Positions 1 to 9,996 of a stretch of 64,000 nt of DNA are shown piece by piece; positions within the stretch are counted from its first letter, which is position 1, and each line of letters opens with the position of its first letter. A model generated the notes under the pieces. That model was not told where the DNA came from and searched no databases. It was given only the letters and a program-made list of their open reading frames with translations. The stretch is taken from the NCBI GenBank assembly GCA_963807755.1, contig CAWECM010000004.1, positions 46,543-110,542 on the forward strand. The letters are read 5' to 3'. Made by a program: the position numbers and the translations under genes. This DNA comes from an uncultured bacterium. Its GTDB lineage: Bacteria > Actinomycetota > Thermoleophilia > Solirubrobacterales > 70-9.

Positions 1-1118
1 ATCAATGGCGGCAGGAATCGCAGCATCTGCGGCCCGGGGCGGTTGATCACGAGCCCGGCGTCCAGACAGCGGTCGCGCACGGCGGCGGCGTCCAGGCCCT
101 CGGCGAGGGTCACGCCGAGCATCAGCCCGCGTCCGCGCACGTCGGCGACGCCGTCGAGCACGCGGAGGCCGTCCGCGAACCGGCCGCCGGTGGCCCGCAC
201 CGAGGCCAGCAGCTCCGGCTCGCCCAGCAGGTCGAGCGCGGCCAGCGCCGCCGCCGCACCCACCGGGCCGCCGGCGAAGGTCGAACCGTGGTCGCCGGGC
301 TCGAAAACGTCGCCCAGGGTCGGCGTCGTGACCACGGCGCCCACCGGGAGCCCGCCGCCGAGCGCCTTGGCGCTGGTCATCACGTCGGGCCGCACGGGAA
401 GCTGTTCGTGCGCCCAGAGCGAGCCGGTGCGGCCCATCCCGGTCTGGACCTCGTCGAAGACCAGTAGCGCGCCGGTGGCGTCGCAAGCTTCGCGCGCCGC
501 CACCAGCACGTCGTCGGCGATCGGGAAGATCCCGGCCTCACCCTGGATCGGCTCGATGAGGACCGCTGCGGTCTGCGAGCGGACCGCAGCGCGGAGGTCG
601 TCCGGGTCGTCGCGCCCGACGGCGGTGAACCCGCGCGGCAGCGGCCCGAAGCGATCGTCGTCGGCGAGCCGCGGGGTCGCGGCCAGCGCGCCCAGCGTCC
701 GGCCGTGGAAGCCGCCGTCGAGGCTCACGATCTCCGGGTAGAGCCCACCCCTCTCCCGCGCGTGCTTGCGAACGAGCTTGATCGCGCACTCGGCCGCCTC
801 GGTGCCGGAGTTGCAGAGAAAGACCTTGCCCTCGAGGCTCGATTCGCTCAGCCGCTCGGCAAGCTGAAGCGCGGGCTCAGACAAGAACAGGTTCGACGAG
901 CCGGCGAAGGTCGCGGCCTGTTCGGCGACCGCCGCCACGATGCGCGGGTGGCAATGCCCGGCGTTGTGGACGGAGAGGCCGGCGAAGAAATCGAGGTAGC
1001 GCTTGCCATCGGCGTCCCAGAGCCGGGCGCCGTCGCCGCGCACGAATTCGACTTCGGCGCGCGCGTAGGTCGGCATCGTGTAGCGGGAGTCCAGCTCCCG
1101 CAGCCGCCCCGCGCTCAT
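1..1118 (-). CDS. argD: acetylornithine aminotransferase (class III PLP aminotransferase); 3' end runs off the window
   Basis: My own translation of the minus strand from ATG 1116-1118 stays open to position 1. It reads MSAGRLRELDSRYTMPTYARAEVEFVRGDGARLWD...LCNSGTEAAECAIKL...FDEVQTGMGRTG...MTSAKALGGG. ATGA overlap with the argB stop. Missing from the ORF track because no stop lies inside the window. Confidence 0.9.
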   Translation of the reverse strand, partial: MSAGRLRELDSRYTMPTYARAEVEFVRGDGARLWDADGKRYLDFFAGLSVHNAGHCHPRIVAAVAEQAATFAGSSNLFLSEPALQLAERLSESSLEGKVFLCNSGTEAAECAIKLVRKHARERGGLYPEIVSLDGGFHGRTLGALAATPRLADDDRFGPLPRGFTAVGRDDPDDLRAAVRSQTAAVLIEPIQGEAGIFPIADDVLVAAREACDATGALLVFDEVQTGMGRTGSLWAHEQLPVRPDVMTSAKALGGGLPVGAVVTTPTLGDVFEPGDHGSTFAGGPVGAAAALAALDLLGEPELLASVRATGGRFADGLRVLDGVADVRGRGLMLGVTLAEGLDAAAVRDRCLDAGLVINRPGPQMLRFLPPL

Positions 1119-1978
1119 GGCGTGACCATCGTGCCGATGCCGGCGTCGGTGAACAGCTCCAGGAGCAGGGAGTGCGGGCGGCTGCCGTCGACGATCTGCG
1201 CGGATCCGACGCCGCCGCGAATCGCCTCGACGATCGCGGCAAGCTTCGGGCGCATGCCGCCCGCCACGTTCCCCAGCGCCCGCTCGACCTCGTCCACGGT
1301 CGCACGCGAGATCAGGCTCGAGCGATCGTCCGGGCTCTCGAGCCATCCGGGCACGTCGGTCAGGAAGATCGCCTTGTGGGCGCGGAGCGCGGCCGCGACC
1401 TTGCCCGCCGCGGCGTCCGCGTTCACGTTGTAGGAGTTGCCGTCGACGTCGGCCGCCGCCGACGCGACCACCGGGATGTAGTCCGCCGCGATGTGATTCA
1501 GCACGTCGACGTCCACGCGCTCGATCTCGCCGACGTTTCCCACCTGGTCGGCATTGGCAACCGGCTTCACCGTGAACATCGACCCGTCGTCGCCGGAGAG
1601 GCCGACCGCCGGCTGGCCGTGGCGGTTGATCCGGTTGACGATGTCGGAGTTGACCTTGCCGAGCAGAACCATCTTCGCGACCTCGACGGTCTCTGGATCG
1701 GAGACCCTCAGGCCCTCGTGGAAGCGCACCTCCATGCCGAGGCGCTCCATGTAGGTGGTGATGTCCGGGCCGCCGCCGTGGACGACGACCGGGTTGAGCC
1801 CCACGTACTTGAGGAGCACTACGTCGGTTGCGAAGGCCTCGCGGAGCTCCTCCTCGCGCATCGCGGCGCCCCCGTACTTGATCACCACCGTGCGGCCGTG
1901 GAACTGCCGGATGTACGGCAGCGCCTCGAGCAGCGTCTCGACGCTGGCGACGCCCTCACTTGTCCGGCGCTCGGGCAT
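1115..1978 (-). CDS. argB: acetylglutamate kinase
   Basis: ORF 1115..2500 trimmed to ATG 1976-1978 (MPERRTSEG...). Carries VVIKYGGAAM, NPVVVHGGGPDI and NVNADAAAGKVA amino-acid-kinase motifs. ATGA overlaps on both sides. Confidence 0.95.
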   Translation of the reverse strand: MPERRTSEGVASVETLLEALPYIRQFHGRTVVIKYGGAAMREEELREAFATDVVLLKYVGLNPVVVHGGGPDITTYMERLGMEVRFHEGLRVSDPETVEVAKMVLLGKVNSDIVNRINRHGQPAVGLSGDDGSMFTVKPVANADQVGNVGEIERVDVDVLNHIAADYIPVVASAAADVDGNSYNVNADAAAGKVAAALRAHKAIFLTDVPGWLESPDDRSSLISRATVDEVERALGNVAGGMRPKLAAIVEAIRGGVGSAQIVDGSRPHSLLLELFTDAGIGTMVTP

Positions 1979-3159
1979 CACGTCGTGTACTCCGCGTTGA
2001 TCCGGATGTACTCGTGGGTGAGATCCGAGAAATAGACGTGGGCGGCGGCCTCGCCGCGGCCGAGCGCGATGCCGATCTCGGCCTCGGCCGTGTCGGCGCC
2101 GAGTTCCTCGAAGGCGATCGAATGTGGCCCGGGCTCCGGCAGTCGCTTCCCCGCGAGCGCCATCCCCGCGGCCTGCGCGATCCGGCCCCAGTTCGCGTCG
2201 CGGCCCGTCAGGGCGGTTTTGACCAGCGGTGAGTTGGCGATCGCGCGCGCGACCCGCTCGGCCTCGCCGGGCTCCGCGGCGCCGGTCACCTCCACACGCC
2301 CGACCCGCTCCGCACCCTCGCCGTCGGCGACGACCTCGAGCGCGAGCTGCAGCAGCACCGCGTCGAGCAGTCCCTCGGGCAGGGGCCGGCCCGCGGCGCC
2401 CGTCGCCTGGAGGAGCACGGTGTCGTTGGTGCTCATCTGCCCGTCGACCGTGATGCGTTCGAACGAGCCGGCCACGGCTTCGCGGAGTGCGGCATTGCAA
2501 TCCGGGACGTGGGCGTCGGTCTGCACGAAGCAGAGCATGGTCGCGAACCCGGGCTCGATCATCCCCGCGCCCTTGGCCTGGGCGGAGACGGTCAGGTCAC
2601 CCGCGCGCAGCGCGCATTGCTTCGGGCCGCTGTCGGTCGTCATGATCGCGCGGCTGAAATCGCGCCCGCCGTCCAGGGCCAGCGCTGCGGCGGCCCGGTC
2701 GATCCCGTCGAGAACGGGGTCGATGTCAAGCGGGACCCCGATCACGCCGGTCTCCGCGACGGCGACCGCCCGCTGGTCGACCTCGAGCGCATTGGCCGTG
2801 GCGGCCTGCATCGCGAGGGCGTCCCGGTACCCCTGTTCGCCAGTGGCCGCGTTCGCGTTGCCCGAGTTGACCACGACCGCCCGTACGGCACCCTGGTCGA
2901 GGTCGTCACGGCAGACGACGATCGGCGCGGCCGCGGCCGCGTTCCGCGTGAGCAGGATCGCGGAGCTGACCTCCGGCGCGTCGCACGCCAGCACGGCAAC
3001 GTCGGTCTCACCGCCGTTCTTGAGGCCGCATTGAGCGCCGCCGGCCCGGAATCCCGGCGCGAGGGCCGCCGGATCAAGCTCCTCGACCCCGGCGGGCGGC
3101 GCGACCCAACGTGACCGAAAGAACCCCTGGCGACTGGCGACTGGCGACGGGCGACTCAT
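1978..3159 (-). CDS. argJ: bifunctional ornithine acetyltransferase / N-acetylglutamate synthase
   Basis: ORF 1978..3321 trimmed to ATG 3157-3159 (MSRPSPVA...). Has [20 protein letters not shown] (ArgJ self-cleavage region) and NSGNANA. Overlaps the argC stop and argB start. Confidence 0.95.
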   Translation of the reverse strand: MSRPSPVASRQGFFRSRWVAPPAGVEELDPAALAPGFRAGGAQCGLKNGGETDVAVLACDAPEVSSAILLTRNAAAAAPIVVCRDDLDQGAVRAVVVNSGNANAATGEQGYRDALAMQAATANALEVDQRAVAVAETGVIGVPLDIDPVLDGIDRAAAALALDGGRDFSRAIMTTDSGPKQCALRAGDLTVSAQAKGAGMIEPGFATMLCFVQTDAHVPDCNAALREAVAGSFERITVDGQMSTNDTVLLQATGAAGRPLPEGLLDAVLLQLALEVVADGEGAERVGRVEVTGAAEPGEAERVARAIANSPLVKTALTGRDANWGRIAQAAGMALAGKRLPEPGPHSIAFEELGADTAEAEIGIALGRGEAAAHVYFSDLTHEYIRINAEYTT

Positions 3160-4216
3160 CCCAGCCCGTCCCCCTCGTCGAGCCCCAGCATCAGGTTCAG
3201 GTTCTGGATCGCCTGGCCGGCCGCCCCCTTCCACAGGTTGTCGATCGCACCGAACGCCATCGCACGCCCCCCTCTCGATCCAGCGCGACATGGATCCGGC
3301 AGAAATTCGTCTCGCGGACATCGGCGACTCCCGGCGGGGAATCGACCAACTCGATAAAGCGTTCGTCCGCGTAGCGGCCGCGGTACAGGTCCCGCAGCTC
3401 GGCCTCGTCGGTCTCGCGCGAAAGCGTCACGTAGCAGCTCGCGAGCAGCCCCTGGTCGAGGGGCAGCAGATGCGGCACGAACGTGACCTGCCCGCTCGCC
3501 CCCAGAACCCGCAACTCCTGCTCGAGCTCCGGCGAATGGCGGTGCCCGTCGACCTTGTAGGGCTTGAAGTTCTCGTCGACCGCCGAGAAATGCAGCGCAT
3601 CTCCCCCACCCCGGCCGGCACCGGACACTCCGGACTTGGCGTCGACGACCACGCCGTCCACCAATCCGGCTTCCGCCATCGGCGCCAATGCGAGCAGCGC
3701 GGCGGTCGGATAGCACCCGGGGTTGGCGACGATCGAGGCCCGGCGGATCGCATCGCGGTTCAGCTCGGTGAGGCCGTAGACCGCGTCGTAGAGGAGGTCG
3801 GGCGCGCCGTGCTCCCCGTACCAACGGCCGTACTCGTCGAGGTCACGCAGGCGGAAGTCGGCGGACAGGTCGACGACGGCGACCCCGAGGTCGCGCAACC
3901 CGGACACCACCGGGGCGGCGGCTCCGTGCGGATAGGCCACGATCGCGGCGTCGACCTCCTCAACCTCCTGGAGGTCGAGCTCCGTGAGCGTCATCGGCAC
4001 GCGGTGGCGCGGGTAGACCTCGTCGAGGCGCTTGCCGGCTTCGTTGCGCGACGTGATCGCTACGAGCTCGAGCCGGGGGTGGCCCCAGGCCAGCCGTGCC
4101 GCGAGCGCGCCGCTGAAGCCGCTTGCCCCCGCGACGAGAACGCGTGGCTGTGAGGCGGAGCGGAGCGGAGCGGAGCCCCGCCGTTGTTGAGGCGGCCCAT
4201 TTCCCGAATCAGGCAC
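3156..4216 (-). pseudogene. argC: N-acetyl-gamma-glutamyl-phosphate reductase, reading frame broken once near its 3' end
   Basis: ORF 3197..4429 carries RVLVAGASGFSG...ANPGCYPTA...[10 protein letters not shown]...HRHSPE. The conserved C-terminus [27 protein letters not shown] is in another frame (ORF 3156..3824). The switch sits at the C6 run 3267-3272, and a G7 on the coding strand would restore the frame. The start is uncertain; GTG 4214-4216 is the nearest canonical start. Confidence 0.85.
4148..4195 (+). repeat. 48-nt dispersed element, copy A: (GGAGC)4 tract plus CCGCC/GGCGG hairpin
   Basis: tgtgaggcggagcggagcggagcggagccccgccgttgttgaggcggc matches the reverse complement of 23710..23757 at 46/48 positions (aligned by eye). 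Lies between the pheT stop and the conserved ArgC N-terminus. Confidence 0.8.
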
Positions 4217-6677
4217 GGAGCGAGCCCCCGATTGCTTCCAGGGCGCGCGCGATCGCCTCCCGGTAACCCGAGACCTCATCGTCGGTGAGGGTGCGGTCGG
4301 GCGCCCGGAACTCGAGCCGCAGCGCCAGGCTCTTACGTCCCGCGCCCACCTGGTCGCCGCGGTAGAGGTCGAAGATGCGGACGTGGCGAAGCAGGTCCCC
4401 TCCGGCCTGGTTGACCGTTGCCACCACACGCTCGGCGGGCACCTCGTCGGCGACGACGACGGCGAGGTCCTGGAGCACCGCCGGGTGCGTGGTCACGTCC
4501 TCGTAAGGCGTCTCACCGGACCGGGCGACGGCGATCAGGGGCGCCAGGTCCAGCTCGAACGCGGTCCCGCTCGGCAGGTCCCAGGTGGCCGCAACGGCGG
4601 GGTGCAGCTCCCCGACCCACCCCGCGGGCTCGGACGCAACGGCGATCCGAGCGGCCCGGCCCGGATGGAGGAACGGCTCGGTCGCTGCTTCGACGGTAAG
4701 GCTCGCCCCGAGCCCGGCGGACAGGGCCTCGAGGACGCCCTTCATGACGAAGAGGTCGCCGGGGTCGCCCTCGGCGCGCCAGCCCGACGGCGACAGGGGT
4801 CCGACGAGGATTCCCCCGAGCCGGTGCGGCTCGCGGTCGGGTGCCGGCATCGTCCCCGGGAACGCCCCCGCCGCGGTCCCGCCGTCGACCGGAGCGGGCT
4901 CCGCCAGGTATGCCCGGCCGGACTCGTACAGCGCGACCGCCTCGGCGCCGCGCGCCAAGTTGTAGCGCGCTGCGTCCAGGAGGCTGCCAAGCAGCGTGGT
5001 GCGCAGCACCGATCCGTCCTCGGACAGCGGGTTCGAGATCCGCACGGCGGCCGTCCGCCGAGGGTCGTCGGCGGCCAGGCGCAGGCGGTCGGCGATCTCG
5101 GGGGACACGAGGGCCCAGCCGAGTGCCTCGTCGAACCCGAGATCACGCATCGCGTCCTCGATCCGGCGGTGAAGCGCCTGCTCGCGGGAGAGCCCTCCAC
5201 GCCGCTGCCCGTGGGCGGGCAGCGTGCGCGGCAGGAGATCGAGGCCGTGAAGCCGCCCAACTTCCTCGATCACGTCGACCTCGCGGGAGACGTCGTAATA
5301 GCGCTCCGGGGTCACCTCGACGAGCAGGTCGCTCGCGCCCTCCTGCTCGACGGAGAACCCCAGTCGGCTGAGATGCTCCTCGGCCTCCTCCCGCGCAACC
5401 GGGGCGCCGAGAAGGCCCTCGACGCGGGCTCCACGGAGCGTGATCCGGTGTGGAGGCGGAGGCTCGGTGGCGACGTCGATCGTGCCGGGCACAAGGGCGG
5501 CGCCCGCGAGCTCGCAGATCAGTCGCGACGCGACGCGCTGGCCGCGAAGCGCCAGCTCCGGGTGGAGCTGCTTCTCGAACCGCGTGGACGCCTCCGAGCG
5601 CAGTCCGAGGGCGTTCGACGTCGTCAGGATGTTCGGCCCGTTCCAGGTCGCAGCCTCGAGCAGCACCCGCGTCGTCCCGTCCGAGACCTCGGACTCCTGC
5701 CCGCCCATCACGCCGGCGATCCCCCCGGCGGGCTTCTCCTGGTCCGTGATCAGGACCATCTCCGGGTCGAGCCTGCGCTCGACCCCGTCGAGGGTGGTGA
5801 TGCGCTCGCCGTCGCCGGCCGCGCGGACGATCAGCTCGTGCCCGGTGACGCGGTCGAGGTCGTAGGCGTGGAGCGGCTGGCCGGCCAGCAGCATCACGTA
5901 GTTCGTGATGTCGACGATGTTCGAGATCGGGCGCTGCCCCGCGGCGCTGAGGCGCGCCCGCAACCACAGCGGCGACGACCCGATCTCGACGTCCGTGAAG
6001 ACGCGTGCGGTGAACCTCGGGCAGAGCTCCGGCACCTCGACGCTGACCGACACCAGCTCGTCGACCGTGCCGTCGCCGGACGCGTCCGCATCGCTCCCCC
6101 ACGGCGGAGGCGCAAGCGGGGCGCCCGTAATCGCGTGGACCTCGCGCGCGACCCCATAGACGCCGAGACAGTCGGAGCGGTTCGGGTTGAGATCCAGCTC
6201 GAGCACATGCTCGGTGACGGGGATGACCTCGGTGAGCGGCGTGCCGGGATCGACCCCGAGGTCGCCGAGAACCATGATTCCCTCGTGGTCGTCCCCGAGT
6301 TCGAGTTCGTCCTCCGCGAGGATCATTCCCGCCGATTCGACCCCGCGCAGCTTCGCCTTCCCGAGCTTCTGGCCTCCCGGCATGGTCGCGCCGGGGAGAG
6401 CGACGGCGACCGTCTGCCCCGCGGCGACGTTCGGCGCCCCGCAAACGATCGTCCGCTCGCCGTCGCCGGCATCCACGGAGCAGACGGTCAGCCGGTCGGC
6501 GTCCGGGTGCTTCTCGGCGGAGAGGACGGTGCCGACGACGAATCCCTCCGGTGACGGCGGTCCGATCGTGCTCACGCGCTCGACCTCGACGGCCCGCATC
6601 GAGAGCAGGTCGGCGATCTCCTCGGCCGGCAATCCGGGATCGCAGTATTCGCACAGCCATGTCAGGGGGACCCGCAC
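4209..6677 (-). CDS. pheT: phenylalanine--tRNA ligase beta subunit
   Basis: ORF 4209..6761 trimmed to GTG 6675-6677 (VRVPLTWLCEYCD, the typical PheT N-terminus). About 822 aa, sitting downstream of pheS. Confidence 0.92.
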   Translation of the reverse strand: MRVPLTWLCEYCDPGLPAEEIADLLSMRAVEVERVSTIGPPSPEGFVVGTVLSAEKHPDADRLTVCSVDAGDGERTIVCGAPNVAAGQTVAVALPGATMPGGQKLGKAKLRGVESAGMILAEDELELGDDHEGIMVLGDLGVDPGTPLTEVIPVTEHVLELDLNPNRSDCLGVYGVAREVHAITGAPLAPPPWGSDADASGDGTVDELVSVSVEVPELCPRFTARVFTDVEIGSSPLWLRARLSAAGQRPISNIVDITNYVMLLAGQPLHAYDLDRVTGHELIVRAAGDGERITTLDGVERRLDPEMVLITDQEKPAGGIAGVMGGQESEVSDGTTRVLLEAATWNGPNILTTSNALGLRSEASTRFEKQLHPELALRGQRVASRLICELAGAALVPGTIDVATEPPPPHRITLRGARVEGLLGAPVAREEAEEHLSRLGFSVEQEGASDLLVEVTPERYYDVSREVDVIEEVGRLHGLDLLPRTLPAHGQRRGGLSREQALHRRIEDAMRDLGFDEALGWALVSPEIADRLRLAADDPRRTAAVRISNPLSEDGSVLRTTLLGSLLDAARYNLARGAEAVALYESGRAYLAEPAPVDGGTAAGAFPGTMPAPDREPHRLGGILVGPLSPSGWRAEGDPGDLFVMKGVLEALSAGLGASLTVEAATEPFLHPGRAARIAVASEPAGWVGELHPAVAATWDLPSGTAFELDLAPLIAVARSGETPYEDVTTHPAVLQDLAVVVADEVPAERVVATVNQAGGDLLRHVRIFDLYRGDQVGAGRKSLALRLEFRAPDRTLTDDEVSGYREAIARALEAIGGSLRA

Positions 6678-6735
6678 TACGCCACCTTGTTTCGCGTTCC
6701 GCCCAGGACAAAGCTCCTCTTGTCGTGCTCCACGC

Positions 6736-7845
6736 TCAAAATTGCTCCAGGAAGCGCACATCGTTCTCGTAGAAGATCCGCAGGTCCGGCACGCCGTGCT
6801 TCAGGAAGGCGATGCGCTCGATTCCCATCCCGAACGCGAAGCCCTGCACCCGGTCCGGGTCATACCCGTGCTCGGCGACGAAGCCGAACACGTTCGGGTC
6901 GACCATCCCCGCGCCCAGGATCTCGATCCAGCCCGTTCCTTTGCAGACCGGGTCACGCTCGCCCTCGATCAGCCCGCTGCCGCCGCACCGGAAGCACGAG
7001 ACGTCGACCTGCACGCTCGGTTCGGTGAACGGGAAGAAGTCCGGCTTGAGACGGGTCTTACGGTCGGGTCCGAAGAGCCCCTTGGCGACCTCCTCGAGCG
7101 TCCCCGCCAGATCACCGAGGGTGATGTCGTCTCCGACCGCCAGGCCCTCGACCTGCGAGAAAACCGGCAGGTGCGTGGCGTCCATAGTGTCTCGCCGGTA
7201 GACGGTGCCGGGGACGATGACGAACAGCGGGGGCGCGTGGGTTTCCATCGCCCGTACCTGGTTCGGCGAGGTGTGCGTCCGCAACAGGACATCCCGCGGC
7301 CCGGGCGGCAGGTCCCGTTCGCTGCGGACGCCCTCGGGCAGCGAGGCGGGATCGATGTAGAAGGTGTCCTGAACCATCCGCGCCGGGTGCCCGGGCGGAT
7401 GGTTCAGCGCCGTGAAGTTGTAGTAGTCGTGCTCGACCTCGGGCCCATCCATCACCTGGTAGCCCAGCCCGACGAAGATGTCTTCGATCTCGCGGCGCGT
7501 CTGCGTGATCAGATGCAGGTGACCGGTGCGAACCGGTGGCGCCCCCGGCAGGGTCACGTCGACGGTGTCCCCCGCGAGGCGCCGGTCGAGCTCGTCGCCC
7601 TCCAGCTCGGCGCTCCGGGTGGCGAGCAGCTTCTCAAGCGCGCCGCGGGCCTCGTTCGCGCCCGCCCCCACCGGCCCTCGCTGGTCGGCCGGAAGCTCGC
7701 CGATGCCGCGCAGGATCCCGGTCAGCTCAGACTTGCGGCCGAGGTACTTCACGCGGAGGTTCTCGAGCGCGGCGCTGTCGCCGGCCGCGGCGATCGCGGA
7801 TTCGGCCTCTGCGCGCAGCTCGTCGATCCGGTCAATCGCGGTCAT
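6736..7845 (-). CDS. pheS: phenylalanine--tRNA ligase alpha subunit
   Basis: 369 aa: MTAIDRIDELRAEAE...RTHTSPNQVR...FSQVEGL...FPFTEPS...GAGMVDPNV (class II aaRS motifs). ATGA overlap with the upstream methyltransferase. Confidence 0.95.
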   Translation of the reverse strand: MTAIDRIDELRAEAESAIAAAGDSAALENLRVKYLGRKSELTGILRGIGELPADQRGPVGAGANEARGALEKLLATRSAELEGDELDRRLAGDTVDVTLPGAPPVRTGHLHLITQTRREIEDIFVGLGYQVMDGPEVEHDYYNFTALNHPPGHPARMVQDTFYIDPASLPEGVRSERDLPPGPRDVLLRTHTSPNQVRAMETHAPPLFVIVPGTVYRRDTMDATHLPVFSQVEGLAVGDDITLGDLAGTLEEVAKGLFGPDRKTRLKPDFFPFTEPSVQVDVSCFRCGGSGLIEGERDPVCKGTGWIEILGAGMVDPNVFGFVAEHGYDPDRVQGFAFGMGIERIAFLKHGVPDLRIFYENDVRFLEQF

Positions 7846-8539
7846 GAGACGGCGGGCGACGATATCCGCTCCAGCGCGATCGCCGCCGCGGCGGCCACGC
7901 CCAGCGACTCGGCCGCGCCGGCAAGAGGGATGGTCAACAGCTCACTGCATGCGGCCGCTGCCTCGCCCGAGAGCCCCTCGCGCTCCGCGCCCAGACAGAG
8001 CGTCGCGGCGTCCCCGCCGGCGGCCAGGCGCCGCCGTGGGCCACCATGCCCGCTCGTGGTTCGGGTGTAGTGGCTACCTCGCAGCGCTCGAGAGCAACGG
8101 TGAAGATCGACCCCATGCTCGCCCGAACCGCCTTCGGCGAGAACGGATCCGCCGTATCCGGATCGACGGCGACCGACGAGGCGCCGAGCGCATCCGCAGC
8201 GCGGACGATCGCCCCGACGTTGCCCGGGTCTCGCACGCCGTTCAAGAAGACGCATAGCGGGATTGCCGCCTCGGCCCAGGCGAGGTCCCAGACAGCGATC
8301 GCCCGCGAGCCCGACCCGAGCGCCGAGGCGGAGTTCAGAAGGGGCCGGTCCACCTCGTCGCCGCCCAGCCCGGCCCCGGCCTCGGTCAGCAGCAGCTCCG
8401 GCTCACGGCCCGAGCCCCTGCCGGCGGCGAGCAGATCTTCCCCTTCGGTCACGAACAGGCCCTCGCGCTCGCGGTGCTTGCGCTCGGCCAGGCGCCGCAC
8501 CAGCTTCAGCTTTTCGTTGTCCTTGCTCGAAATCGTCAT
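7842..8539 (-). pseudogene. TrmH/SpoU family RNA 2'-O-methyltransferase, one frame break
   Basis: The N-terminal part (ORF 7934..8554, ...VRDPGNVGAIVRAADALGA...) and the C-terminal SpoU motifs (ORF 7842..8255, ...CLGAEREGLS...LTIPLAGAAESLGVAAAAAIALERI) are in different frames. The switch is near 8030-8050. The stop overlaps the pheS ATG. Confidence 0.8.
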
Positions 8540-8609
8540 GTCAGTTTGAAACACAAAGGGCGCCTCAGCGGCGCCCGGTCGGTCGTGTTTCGGCGGTGTG
8601 AGGGTTGCC

Positions 8610-8969
8610 TCAGGCCGCCGCGGCCTCCCGGGCTAGCTCGGCAAATCGGCGGAACGCATCGGGGTCGCGGACGGCGATGTCCGCGAGCATCTTGCGGTTG
8701 ACCTCGACTTCGGCCAGCTTCAGGCCGTGCATCAGCTCGGAGTAGCTCATGCCCTCGCGCCGTGCCGCCGCGTTGATCCGCACGATCCAGAGGCGGCGGA
8801 ACTCCCGCTTGCGCGCGCGCCGGTCGCGGTAGGCGTAGTTGCCCGACCGCATGACCTGCTCGTTGGCGAAGCGGTAGCTCGAGTGCTTCCTGCCGTAATA
8901 GCCCTTCGCCTGGTCGAGCGTCTTCTTGCGCCGTCTCTTGCGCGCGACGGCGTTCGTGGCGCGGCTCAT
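8610..8969 (-). CDS. rplT: 50S ribosomal protein L20
   Basis: 119 aa: [26 protein letters not shown]... Confidence 0.97.
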   Translation of the reverse strand: MSRATNAVARKRRRKKTLDQAKGYYGRKHSSYRFANEQVMRSGNYAYRDRRARKREFRRLWIVRINAAARREGMSYSELMHGLKLAEVEVNRKMLADIAVRDPDAFRRFAELAREAAAA

Positions 8970-9169
8970 GAACGCTTGGCCCCCAGGAGCTTTCGGACAC
9001 GCTTCGTGTCGGCGGACGAAATCGTGGACGGCTTGCGCATGTTGCGCCGCCGCTTGGACGACTTGTGCTCCAGGTTGTGGCTGGAGTTCGCGCGCTTCCC
9101 GCGGAGCTTCCCGCTGGCGGACCGCTTGAAGCGCTTCTTCGCGCCGGAATGACTCTTCATCTTGGGCAT
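8966..9169 (-). CDS. rpmI: 50S ribosomal protein L35
   Basis: 67 aa: [22 protein letters not shown]... Overlaps the rplT start. Confidence 0.97.
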   Translation of the reverse strand: MPKMKSHSGAKKRFKRSASGKLRGKRANSSHNLEHKSSKRRRNMRKPSTISSADTKRVRKLLGAKRS

Positions 9170-9222
9170 ACGGAACGGACTATTGAAGCAGAACGGTTCC
9201 GGCCCACCGCACGCCGCGCGGG

Positions 9223-9849
9223 TCAGCCGGTGGCGGCTTCGCTCTCCGCGGGCGCCTCGCCTTCGGGCTCGCCGCCCTTGGCGTCCTTGGCGTCGCGCAG
9301 GGCCTCCTTCGAGGGCGCCAGCAGCATGTGCATGTTGCGGCCCTCCTGCAGCGGGTTCTGCTCGATCACCCCGAGTCCGTCTAGGTCCTCGAAGAGCCGG
9401 CTCAGGAGCATCCGCCCGCGTTCCGGGTGGGCCTGCTCGCGGCCGCGGAACATGATCGTCACCTTCACCTTGTCGCCACCGCGCAGGAAGCGCTCGACGT
9501 GGCCCTTCTTGGTCGAGTAGTCGTGATCGGCGATCTTCGGCCGCAGCTTGATCTCGCGGACGTTGATCTGCTGCTGGTGCTTGCGCGCCGCCTTCGCCTT
9601 CTGCTCCTGCTCGTACTTGTACTTCGAGTAGTCGAGGAGACGTGCAACCGGCGGGCGCGAGTTCGGCGCCACCTCGACCAGGTCGAGGTCGCGCTCCTGG
9701 GCCATCTCCAGCGCCTGCTTGGTCTCGATCACGCCGATCTGTTTGCCGTCCTCGTCGACCAGCCGCACCTCGCGCACCCCGATGCGCTCGTTGATACGAG
9801 TCTGGTCCCGCTCGGGCATCCGGCGGTCGAAACGTCGAGGGACCGGCAC
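9223..9849 (-). CDS. infC: translation initiation factor IF-3
   Basis: INERIGVREVRLVDEDGKQIGV...LDLVEVAP...KEIKLRPKIADHDY. The start is uncertain: GTG 9849 or ATG 9819, and IF-3 often uses unusual starts. Confidence 0.9.
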   Translation of the reverse strand: MPVPRRFDRRMPERDQTRINERIGVREVRLVDEDGKQIGVIETKQALEMAQERDLDLVEVAPNSRPPVARLLDYSKYKYEQEQKAKAARKHQQQINVREIKLRPKIADHDYSTKKGHVERFLRGGDKVKVTIMFRGREQAHPERGRMLLSRLFEDLDGLGVIEQNPLQEGRNMHMLLAPSKEALRDAKDAKGGEPEGEAPAESEAATG

Positions 9850-9996
9850 TAGGAAGGGCTGGCGGGAAGCGTCAAGCTAACCGTTGGGTGTTGAGAGCGA
9901 GGGTGCGAGGCATTGAGGGAAGGGCACGGCGCTTTAGCGGCGCTGCGTGGTCTTGGTGCCCTTCATCTGGGCGTGAGTATAGAGCGATGCTCGCCA

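Noticed and set aside
4383-6554. Long plus-strand ORF (723 aa) antisense to pheT. Similar long antisense or out-of-frame ORFs occur at 15814..17433, 30892..33750, 35073..37007, 44880..46847, 57756..59426 and 59641..61239.
   Set aside because: Their translations are Arg/Pro/Gly/Ala-rich low-complexity strings with no motifs. They lie opposite clearly conserved genes. Stop-poor antisense frames are expected at about 70% GC.
9850-9996. TATACT hexamer (minus strand, about 9976..9981) as the infC promoter -10 element, plus a possible L20-type leader structure.
   Set aside because: There is no convincing -35 element at proper spacing, and I could not draw a stable conserved structure. This is too weak to annotate.
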